64,000 nucleotides of DNA, from NCBI GenBank assembly GCA_903823215.1, contig CAIJRY010000252.1, positions 56-64,055 on the forward strand, read 5' to 3'. Positions 1 through 7,678 of the stretch are shown in pieces (position 1 is the first letter of the stretch; the number at the start of each line of letters is the position of its first letter). The stretch comes from an uncultured Spartobacteria bacterium. GTDB lineage: Bacteria; Verrucomicrobiota; Verrucomicrobiia; Chthoniobacterales; UBA6821. Both the position numbers and the translations under genes were made by a program. The notes below the pieces were generated by a model, which was not told the DNA's origin, searched no databases, and worked only from the letters and a program-made list of their open reading frames with translations.

Positions 1-105
1 GTGCTAGAACAGCATCGTATCGATGATCTCGTGGTGACAGACGCCGGTGGAAAGCCGCTTGGCGTGGTTGACTCTCAGGATCTCTCTCGACTCAAAATAT
101 TGTAA
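1..105 (+). CDS. 3' end of a KpsF/GutQ-type sugar-phosphate isomerase (CBS-domain tail), truncated by the window edge
   Basis: Frame 1 reads VLEQHRIDDLVVTDAGGKPLGVVDSQDLSRLKIL and stops at TAA 103-105. This pattern is typical of the C-terminal CBS pair of arabinose-5-phosphate isomerases. Confidence 0.45.
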   Translation: MLEQHRIDDLVVTDAGGKPLGVVDSQDLSRLKIL

Positions 106-156
106 TTCACCCCACCCCTTCGCCCTCTTTCCAACCTCTATCTTCCAACTACTACC

Positions 157-714
157 ATGGCTCTCGCAAATGATCTCCGCAAAGGAATGGCAATCAAGTA
201 TAACGGCAATGCAGCCATCGTCCTTGAAGTCACCCATCGCACCCCCGGCAACCTCCGGGCGTTTGTGCAGCTGATCGTTCGTTATATAGGAACGGGGAAA
301 TCCGCAGACATCCGGTTTTCTTCAACGGAAAAGGTGGATCTGGTCGATGTGCAGCGCATGACGCTCGATTACAGCTATGCCGATCAGGAGAGCTATAATT
401 TCATGGATCCCGAGAGCTTTGAAACAATCACCCTGCAAGGCGATCTGATCGGTGACGCCAAGGATTTTCTGGTTGAGAATATGCAGGTCGAAGTTCTCTA
501 TGTCGAGGGACGCGCGGTCTCCGTCGAGTTGCCCGCTTCAGCCAATCTCAAGGTGACGGAATCCCCGGAAGGACTTAAGGGGGATTCGAGTGGCAATGTG
601 ATGAAGCCGGCCGTGCTGGAAACAGGCAAGCACATCCAGGTTCCGCTCTTCATCAAGGAGGGGGAAATCATCAAGGTCGATACCCGTACCGGGGCCTACA
701 TGGGCAGGGCCTAA
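157..714 (+). CDS. efp: Translation elongation factor P
   Basis: The 185-aa ORF is collinear with EF-P along its full length. The C-terminal block is KGDSSGNVMKPAVLETGKHIQVPLFIKEGEIIKVDTRTGAYMGRA. The loop HRTPGNLRAF sits at the KPGKG position. Confidence 0.93.
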   Translation: MALANDLRKGMAIKYNGNAAIVLEVTHRTPGNLRAFVQLIVRYIGTGKSADIRFSSTEKVDLVDVQRMTLDYSYADQESYNFMDPESFETITLQGDLIGDAKDFLVENMQVEVLYVEGRAVSVELPASANLKVTESPEGLKGDSSGNVMKPAVLETGKHIQVPLFIKEGEIIKVDTRTGAYMGRA

Positions 715-734
715 CAGGATCCGCTCCATTCCGC

Positions 735-1637
735 GTGGCAAACACTTCTTCATCCAAGAGAGGGTTGAAGCCGAGCGGAAGCAGACGTGTCCGTGCGGCG
801 GCGGCAGAACTGACATCAGGCGAACTTTTTCCCAAGGAATCCCCATCGGGGGAAATTGATTCCTGTGGACAAGACGATCAACACCATGGGCCTGCATACC
901 GTCAGGGGGTTCCCAAATCGCTGGTCAAATTCGTTGTGGGCCTCTTTCTGCTTCCCTTGGCCTGGGTGCTGACAAAGACATTCCTGCAAGCTTTCACCAC
1001 CTCGCTCCATCACGGATTGTTAGCCACCCAATCGTTCGGCTGTTTTGCAGCCGGTGCCGTGCTCTTTGGAATCCTCTATTTCATCATCCCGCAGAAGGCA
1101 CTCATGATCCCGTATGTTCTGGGGCATGAAGTCACTCATGCCCTCTGGGTCTGGATCTTCGGGGGCAAGGTGGCCGATCACTTTCATGTGAGTCTGGAGG
1201 GAGGGCATGTACTGACCGACAGGGTGAACACCTGGATCATCCTGGCTCCCTATTTCTTTCCTATTTACAGCGTTCTGGTTGTAACACTGTATGGAGCTGC
1301 ATCGCTTGCAGCCGACCTCAGCTCTTTCCGCTGGCTGCTCTTTCTCCTGATCGGAGTCACACTGGCCTTCCATCTCGTGTTTACCTGCCTTCTCATCCTC
1401 AAAGGGCAGCCGGATTTGCATTACGGAGGAAGCTTCTTTTCGTTGATGGTGATCTATCAGATTAATCTGCTTGTCATCATCGGACTCCTCCTGGCGACCA
1501 GCCGCATTGTGACGCTGCATCAGTTCGGGCGACTCCTTGGCGTCAATGCTGCAGATTTTGTGGAAACAACCCGCGCTATTCTTGAGGCGGCAATCTCATG
1601 GATGACGGATCTTTACAGCGAAATTGCCGGAAAGTAG
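735..1637 (+). CDS. Polytopic membrane protein with an HExxH motif (putative M50/DUF3267-like membrane metalloprotease)
   Basis: 300-aa ORF with several hydrophobic segments. The motif GHEVTHALW lies at a membrane boundary. Starts on GTG. Confidence 0.55.
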   Translation: MANTSSSKRGLKPSGSRRVRAAAAELTSGELFPKESPSGEIDSCGQDDQHHGPAYRQGVPKSLVKFVVGLFLLPLAWVLTKTFLQAFTTSLHHGLLATQSFGCFAAGAVLFGILYFIIPQKALMIPYVLGHEVTHALWVWIFGGKVADHFHVSLEGGHVLTDRVNTWIILAPYFFPIYSVLVVTLYGAASLAADLSSFRWLLFLLIGVTLAFHLVFTCLLILKGQPDLHYGGSFFSLMVIYQINLLVIIGLLLATSRIVTLHQFGRLLGVNAADFVETTRAILEAAISWMTDLYSEIAGK

Positions 1638-3014
1638 CTACTCACCGATAGCACTGGTCAACGCAGCCGCGATGGAATCGGCTGCTTCCGAGATCATTAC
1701 CCCATCAGGGCCCTCGATGAGGAGACGGATTTTTGGTTCGGTGCCGGAATAGCGAAGCAACACCCGCCCCTTTCCGGCGAGGGATCTTTCGGTTGCCGCA
1801 ATAAGCCGGGTGACTTCGGCAAGCACTGTTGCATCAAGCGGAGGTTTTTGCCTCACACGCAGGTTGCGTTGTGCCTGAGGATATTTTTTAAGGACACGGC
1901 GCAGCTTGCTCAGCGGTCGCCCGCTCTCGGTCATGATTCGGAGCACTTGGAGTGCTGCAAGAAGACCGTCACCGGTCGTGCCATGGTCGCGAAAAATCAG
2001 ATGACCGCTCTGTTCGCCCCCGATGGAATAGTTGCCTTTTCTCATGGCCTCCACCACATAGCGGTCTCCGACAGCCGTTCTCAGCACACGGCCTCCGGCC
2101 GTCGCAAGGCATTCATCAAGCCCGAAATTACTCATGACGGTGGCCACAAGGGTGTTGCCCGCCAGTTCTCCCCGTTGCAAGGCATCCAGCGCCGTCATGG
2201 CGAGTATCTCGTCCCCATCCACGATCTCACCCAGTTCATCGCAGAGCACAAGCCGGTCTGCATCCCCGTCATGGGAGATTCCGATCTGCGCCCCGGTTTC
2301 ATGCACGAGTCGGCTGATTTCCTCGGGATGTGTGCTGCCGCAGCCCTTGTTGATGTTGCTTCCATTGGGTGCCGCATGATAGAGGGAGACCTCGGCACCA
2401 AGAGTTCTCAGGACACTGGGTGTGGTTTCAAACGAAGCACCATTGGCACAATCGAGAGCGATATGGAGGCCATGAAGCATCATGCCAGGAACGCTTTCCT
2501 TGGCCATACGCGCATAGCAGTTCGATGCATCGTCGATCATGGTAACAGTGCCGAGCCGATCTCCTGCGGGACGAAAGCCGTCGATTTCCTCGGTCAGCAT
2601 CAGCTGCTCAAGCCGCTCTTCCAGAGCATCATCGAGCTTGTACCCGTCGCGACCGAAAAGTTTCAGGCCGTTATCCTCCGAAGGATTATGGGAGGCCGAG
2701 ATGACAACTCCGCCATCGGCTCCCAAATCCCGGACGAGGCAGGCAACGGCTGGTGTCGGAATGACGCCGGTGAGCAGCACATCGGCTCCCACGGAATTCA
2801 GTCCTGCCACGAGCGCCGCTTCCAGCATCGGGCCGGAGAGCCGGGTGTCACGACCAATCACAAAACGAGGTCGGTCTGAATTTTCGGCGTGTTTATTTTG
2901 CCGCATCAGGAATCCGGTCGCGCGCCCCATGCGCAGGGCTATCTCCGGTGTTACCGGGTAAGCATTGGCCTTGCCTCGAATGCCATCGGTACCAAAGAGA
3001 GTGCGGGCAACCAT
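1638..3014 (-). CDS. glmM: Phosphoglucosamine mutase
   Basis: 458 aa with N-terminal GTDGIRGKAN, the active-site serine loop SASHNPSEDNG, and the GDGDADR metal loop (DGDADR). Confidence 0.95.
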   Translation of the reverse strand: MVARTLFGTDGIRGKANAYPVTPEIALRMGRATGFLMRQNKHAENSDRPRFVIGRDTRLSGPMLEAALVAGLNSVGADVLLTGVIPTPAVACLVRDLGADGGVVISASHNPSEDNGLKLFGRDGYKLDDALEERLEQLMLTEEIDGFRPAGDRLGTVTMIDDASNCYARMAKESVPGMMLHGLHIALDCANGASFETTPSVLRTLGAEVSLYHAAPNGSNINKGCGSTHPEEISRLVHETGAQIGISHDGDADRLVLCDELGEIVDGDEILAMTALDALQRGELAGNTLVATVMSNFGLDECLATAGGRVLRTAVGDRYVVEAMRKGNYSIGGEQSGHLIFRDHGTTGDGLLAALQVLRIMTESGRPLSKLRRVLKKYPQAQRNLRVRQKPPLDATVLAEVTRLIAATERSLAGKGRVLLRYSGTEPKIRLLIEGPDGVMISEAADSIAAALTSAIGE

Positions 3015-3063
3015 TTACTTATGCTGGGAAGGGAGCTTGTGCGTGGTGGTGATGATCACCGTC

Positions 3064-3966
3064 TCAGTCTTTTCCCCGCGTCCCAATTGGGATGACGGAG
3101 CCAGATTTTGGTGGATGAGATACCAGAGAGCTGCGCCCAGTAACAGGCAGACCAACTTCTCCTTCCAGTTGTGCAGTAGAATCTTTTGCATGATTTTCTT
3201 CACGGAGCAGAAGTTGTGCGAGGCGTTTTCTGAACCGTTCAAACGGAAGGTTGCGCTCGATGAGACCCGAGTGACAAATCGAAACTTGGCCGCTTTCCTC
3301 GGAAACCACCAGAGCGATGGTGTCCGATTCCTCCGAAAGTCCGAGACCGGCACGGTGCCGCAGACCCAGCGTGCGGTCAAGGTCGTCGCGTTGCGTCAGA
3401 GGGAAAATGCAACCGGCAGCCACAATTCTGTCGCCGCTGACGATCACCCCTCCATCATGCAGAACAGTTTTTGGGTGAAAAATCGTGAGCAGGAGCTCCT
3501 TGGAAAAATCAGCATCCAGATTGACCCCGCTCTCCGCCACCGAATCAAGACTGATATCCCGTTCAAGTGCGATGAGAGCGCCATAACCCTTGCTTGCCAG
3601 GTCAAAGACCACATCCGCGAGTTCTTCGATCGCCTCGCGGCGTTGCAGTGCCGTGGTGAAGAAATGATGGCTGCCGAGTTCATTGAGCGCGCGGCGCAGT
3701 TCCGGCTGGAATAGTACGACGAGGGCAATAGCCAGAAAGACCGAAAAGCTGCGTAGCAGCCAGCTCAAGACAGCAAGATCGAGCAGCTGGGAGATGAGGG
3801 TCAGCGTGAGAAAGACAAGTGCAAGCCCGATGAGAATACGCGCCCCATGAGTGCCCCGCAGATAGAGGTAAAGGTTATAGATGATCGCCGAGAGGATCAG
3901 AATCTCCAGACCAAAAGCCCACGAGTTACGGAGAAAGCCGAGAAGCTGGGAGAAAGAGGCGATCAC
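3064..3966 (-). CDS. cdaA: Membrane-anchored diadenylate cyclase (c-di-AMP synthase, CdaA/DacA type)
   Basis: Three N-terminal TM segments are followed by a DAC domain with HDGGVIV and LGLRHRAGLGLSEESD (RHR motif). The start overlaps the folP stop (ATGA). Confidence 0.88.
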   Translation of the reverse strand: MIASFSQLLGFLRNSWAFGLEILILSAIIYNLYLYLRGTHGARILIGLALVFLTLTLISQLLDLAVLSWLLRSFSVFLAIALVVLFQPELRRALNELGSHHFFTTALQRREAIEELADVVFDLASKGYGALIALERDISLDSVAESGVNLDADFSKELLLTIFHPKTVLHDGGVIVSGDRIVAAGCIFPLTQRDDLDRTLGLRHRAGLGLSEESDTIALVVSEESGQVSICHSGLIERNLPFERFRKRLAQLLLREENHAKDSTAQLEGEVGLPVTGRSSLVSHPPKSGSVIPIGTRGKD

Positions 3967-4796
3967 AGGATGGCCTCCGTCAGGCGCAGGGCGTCGCGGT
4001 GTGGGGCTGCTTCATGCACCCTGAAAAGCCTCGCTCCCGCTGTCCGTGCCAGAGCCGTGACAGCAAGGCCGGCGGCAAGGCGTTCGCCTGGATCATGCTG
4101 CCCGTTGAAGGAGGCGAGAAACGATTTTCGGGAATGTCCGATCATGATCGGTGATCCGAGCGCGACGAGCGTTGGAATACCCCGGAGCAATGCAAGATTG
4201 TGGGACACAGTTTTACCGAAGCCCAGACCTGGATCGAGAATGATGGAAGAAGGGGCCACGCCAGAGCCTATGGCCGCTTCGCGCCTTTCTAAAAGAAATT
4301 TTGACACGGCACCCAGGACATCATCGTTGGGATAGCAGGGATGATCCTGCATGGTGGCAGGTGTTCCCTGCATATGCATGAGAATCAGACCCGCCTGATG
4401 CGAGGCCACCAGTTCGGCCATGAGCGGATCTCGCAGGGCTGACACATCATTGATGATATCTGCACCTGCACCGAGAGCCGCTGCGGCCACCACCGCTTTG
4501 GAGGTGTCGATGGAGAGGGGGGCATCCGTGCTGGCACGCAGCATACGGATCACGGGAAGGAGCCTCTCCATCTCCTCTTCTGGAGAGACCGGGAGCGAAG
4601 CGGGGCGGGTTGATTCCGCACCGAGATCAAGCAGGTCGGCCCCTTTGTCGAGCAATCGCAGTCCCTGTGCGCACGCGGTATCGGGATCATAAAACGCTCC
4701 TCCGTCAGAAAAAGAATCCGGTGTGACATTCACGATGCCGACGATCAACCCCCTCGCGGAGAGGTCGAATTCATGTCGCGGAAATCGACAGAGCAT
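3963..4796 (-). CDS. folP: Dihydropteroate synthase
   Basis: 277 aa with GIVNVTPDSFSDGG, DLGAESTRP, INDVS and MHMQGTP blocks typical of the DHPS pterin-binding domain. Confidence 0.93.
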   Translation of the reverse strand: MLCRFPRHEFDLSARGLIVGIVNVTPDSFSDGGAFYDPDTACAQGLRLLDKGADLLDLGAESTRPASLPVSPEEEMERLLPVIRMLRASTDAPLSIDTSKAVVAAAALGAGADIINDVSALRDPLMAELVASHQAGLILMHMQGTPATMQDHPCYPNDDVLGAVSKFLLERREAAIGSGVAPSSIILDPGLGFGKTVSHNLALLRGIPTLVALGSPIMIGHSRKSFLASFNGQHDPGERLAAGLAVTALARTAGARLFRVHEAAPHRDALRLTEAIL

Positions 4797-4957
4797 TTGG
4801 AAAATAGGGGTTTAGTCTGAAACTATTCGGCTTTTAGGTCAGAAGGAGCTATCGAACCGAATTTAAAAAAGAACAGGAGTCCAAAGCTATTAAACGCCTA
4901 TCCTGTATGGCAGTCTTCATCTCTAAGAGTCTAACAGCCTTCAGCCTAATAGCCTTG

Positions 4958-4985
4958 GTTTCATTGCGCCTTGAGGCGCAATGAA
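4958..4985 (-). terminator. Perfect 12-bp-stem hairpin overlapping the hisD stop codon (no U-tract)
   Basis: The sequence tttcattgcgcc-ttga-ggcgcaatgaaa was read directly. No T/A run follows on either strand, so intrinsic-terminator status is uncertain. Confidence 0.3.
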
Positions 4986-6250
4986 ACGGATCTCCCATGT
5001 GCATCAAGGCCTTCGATTTCGCAGAAGGTCTCAATGATCGCACGCGATTTTTTGAGTGAAGCCGCATCATAGCGGACGACACTAGTTCGGCGTTGAAATT
5101 GCTCTGCAGTCAGGCCCGCAAAAGCCTTGGCAGCACCGCCGGTGGGGAGTTCATGACTCGGACCTGCAAGGAAATCACCTGCGGCCACCGGAGAAAGATC
5201 CCCCAGATAAATGGCTCCTGCCGATGTCAGCTTGGGAGCAAGCAATTCAGGTTTGCGAACGGCGAGGGAGACATGCTCGGCGGCAAATCCATTGGCAATC
5301 TCGACGGCTTGGGCGAGATCGCGCACGAGGATCAGTGCGGCATTGTTCATCGCCTTGCCAAGGTGTTCGGGACGCGAGGAGAGCTTGAACTGGCGATCGA
5401 TCTCGGATTGAACGGCGGCGAGAAGTTTCTCCGAATCGCTCAGCAAGATAACCACGCTGCTCGCACCGTGTTCCGACTGCGCAAGCAAGTCTGCCGCGAC
5501 CCAAATGGGATTGGCCTTTGCGTCGGCAATGACCAACACTTCGCTTGGGCCGGGCAGGAGATCGACACCGACCCGACCAAAGACCTGTCGTTTGGCCTCC
5601 ACGACGAAGGCATTGCCCGGGCCGTAGATTTTGGTGACAGCCGGAATGCTCTTGGTTCCGTAAGCAAGAGCTGCGATCGCCTGAGCTCCGCCGACTCTGT
5701 AGATTTCCGTGGCTCCGCAGAGATCAAGGGCGGCAAGGAGTGCCGGGGCGACGGTGCCGTCCACACCGGCAGGTGTTACTGCGACGATTTCTGGAACACC
5801 GGCTGCCTTGGCAAATCCACAGGTCATGATGGCACTGGAAACGAGCGGGGCCGTTCCTCCGGGGATGTAGAGACCGACGCGGGGCAGGGGATCGAAGCGT
5901 TCGCCAACAAGAGCACCCTCGGCGTTGATCATTGACCAGTTCTGGCGAAGGCTTTTCTTGGCGAAGGCCGTGACATTTTTCCGTGAGGCCGCGAGGGCTT
6001 TTTTAACGGCGGGAGTGAGAGATGCCACAGCCTTTTCGATTTCGGGTGCCGAAACACGGATCTTGGCAGGGGTCAGCTTGGGGCCGCCGAATTTCCGAGT
6101 GTATTCCAATAGAGCAGAGTCACCCTTGCTGCGGACGGCAGAGAGGATTTCCGAAACAGTTTGGCGGACTTCCTCCTTTGGCTCGGCCTGACGGTTCAGG
6201 TCGGTAATGGCTCGATTAAAACCACGATCTGTAAATTTCAGCAAACGCAT
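4961..6250 (-). CDS. hisD: Histidinol dehydrogenase
   Basis: 429 aa with family-typical blocks (YIPGGTAPLVSS, QSEHG, GDFLAGPSHELPTGGAA). Confidence 0.95.
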   Translation of the reverse strand: MRLLKFTDRGFNRAITDLNRQAEPKEEVRQTVSEILSAVRSKGDSALLEYTRKFGGPKLTPAKIRVSAPEIEKAVASLTPAVKKALAASRKNVTAFAKKSLRQNWSMINAEGALVGERFDPLPRVGLYIPGGTAPLVSSAIMTCGFAKAAGVPEIVAVTPAGVDGTVAPALLAALDLCGATEIYRVGGAQAIAALAYGTKSIPAVTKIYGPGNAFVVEAKRQVFGRVGVDLLPGPSEVLVIADAKANPIWVAADLLAQSEHGASSVVILLSDSEKLLAAVQSEIDRQFKLSSRPEHLGKAMNNAALILVRDLAQAVEIANGFAAEHVSLAVRKPELLAPKLTSAGAIYLGDLSPVAAGDFLAGPSHELPTGGAAKAFAGLTAEQFQRRTSVVRYDAASLKKSRAIIETFCEIEGLDAHGRSVSLRLKAQ

Positions 6251-6305
6251 CCGGCCATCCTAACGCGAGAATCACTTCGGGTCAAAACCCGCGCACCGGA
6301 TATTT

Positions 6306-7562
6306 TTATGAATTGCTCGAACTCCTCGAGGGTGTTTTCCGGAGAAGGAACAGAGCACCTGTTCCCAACAGCAAAAACCATGCAACCGAGGGCTCGGGAA
6401 CGGCTTGAGGCAGGAGTCCGATCTGGTTGTTTTGTAGATCGTAGATGATGACATTCTGGTCAAAGATATCTCTTCCTGCATTAAGGTAGAAGTTGGAGTA
6501 GGTAGTCAGTTGAGGTGGGTTGTTTTGGATCCCACTGGTGCCTGTATCAAAGATGGCGTTCGTTCCCAATCCTGCGAGAGTTAACGACCCGCTTATTTTA
6601 TCGTAGTTTGTTTTGGTGAAGACCCCCTGGTCGTTCGTAACACTCGTTGTGCCGCTTGCAACAACCCAGTTTGTCGGGAAGTTGGTATTGAGCACCGTGT
6701 TGTGGATGGTCACTCCTGCTCCGGTGTCAGGGGTAATCCCGACATCGGTGAGGACGATGTTGGAGGAAGTGGCGGAATTGCTTAGGGAGAGTGTCGTTGA
6801 GAAAATCTGCTCGGAGTGGTAGGCAAGACCTGTATTGGCAAAGGTTTTGCCGCCAGCGTTCGTGTCGGCGTTCATGGCGAAGTATGTCGCGCCGCTTAAA
6901 TTCGTCTGGGCGCTGTTCAGGCCGATTTGCAGATAAGGATTGTTGGATTGCACATTCACAACAAAACCTGCCGTAACACCGTTAGTAAAAGTCATCTGGG
7001 CAATGAGGTTTCCGAGCGGGTTGGAGGAATAGTTGGTGTTGAGATTGAGGGAGAGACCGAAGTCACCATAAAAATTCCCCTGAACGGGTGGTATCTGGTT
7101 GGTGGTCATCATATTCGTGGAAGCCCAGTTGGTAACGCCATTCTGTGAAATGTTGGTGATTTGACCAACTGTAACATTCCCCGGTGTGTTCACGAGGCGG
7201 GTGCCGTTGCTCCAGAAGGTCACTGCCGTTTGGACGACGCTCCCGGTGTAGGTTTCCCCGCTGTCATAGTAGTTGTAGGCGGGGGTTGCGGTGGGGGTGA
7301 AATTTGTTCCCCACCAACTGCTGCTTGAAGTGTTGGTAGAGTAGGCGGCGTAGAAACCCGTTCCACCGGTATCGAATTCAAAGGGAACAGGTGTTGATCC
7401 TCCACCTAGAGAGAGTTCGATGGCCCATTTGCCGTCGTTTGTCTGATAGACAAGGGGAATATAAATAGGATTGCTGACGATAGACTGTGCCACGACAACC
7501 GGCGACAAGCACAGTAGCATGATGATCCAAAAGTATTTGCTGAAATGGGACGAAGGTTTCAT
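6306..7562 (-). CDS. Secreted PEP-CTERM-anchored protein with pepsin-like (A1) aspartic peptidase motifs
   Basis: Signal peptide MKPSS...VVVAQS. N-lobe LSLGGGSTPVPFEFDTGGTGFY (D64, nt 7371-7373). C-lobe GITPDTGAGV (D279, nt 6726-6728). Pepsin-like C-terminal strand RDIFDQNVIIYDLQNNQIGLLP. The protein ends with the PEP-CTERM signal AVPEPSVAWFLLLGTGALFLLRK. Confidence 0.7.
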   Translation of the reverse strand: MKPSSHFSKYFWIIMLLCLSPVVVAQSIVSNPIYIPLVYQTNDGKWAIELSLGGGSTPVPFEFDTGGTGFYAAYSTNTSSSSWWGTNFTPTATPAYNYYDSGETYTGSVVQTAVTFWSNGTRLVNTPGNVTVGQITNISQNGVTNWASTNMMTTNQIPPVQGNFYGDFGLSLNLNTNYSSNPLGNLIAQMTFTNGVTAGFVVNVQSNNPYLQIGLNSAQTNLSGATYFAMNADTNAGGKTFANTGLAYHSEQIFSTTLSLSNSATSSNIVLTDVGITPDTGAGVTIHNTVLNTNFPTNWVVASGTTSVTNDQGVFTKTNYDKISGSLTLAGLGTNAIFDTGTSGIQNNPPQLTTYSNFYLNAGRDIFDQNVIIYDLQNNQIGLLPQAVPEPSVAWFLLLGTGALFLLRKTPSRSSSNS

Positions 7563-7615
7563 AACAAAAAATCATCACTTACCCAATTTAGAAATTTTTT
7601 TCAAGAGGGGTTAAA

Positions 7616-7631
7616 GTGACATTTTTGTCAC
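7616..7631. promoter_or_regulatory. 16-bp perfect palindrome GTGACA-TTTT-TGTCAC in the divergent promoter region of the two PEP-CTERM genes
   Basis: Read directly. It lies 48 nt upstream of the ATG at 7679 and 54 nt upstream of the start at 7562. Confidence 0.25.
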
Positions 7632-7678
7632 GCATCACGACTTGACGCAGCTGGATTTCTCCCGATACAGAGTGGAGA

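Noticed and set aside
1848-2879. 343-aa ORF on the plus strand
   Set aside because: It lies entirely antisense to glmM, whose protein has unambiguous family motifs. Its translation is low-complexity and Arg/Ser/His-rich, typical of a shadow ORF in moderately GC-rich DNA. The same reasoning applies to 5093-5935 (antisense to hisD), 11956-12738 and 10450-11142 (antisense to the tri-domain synthase), 28113-28919, 21393-22067, 39492-40088, 47299-47922, 51360-52328, 54036-54833 and 58116-58751.
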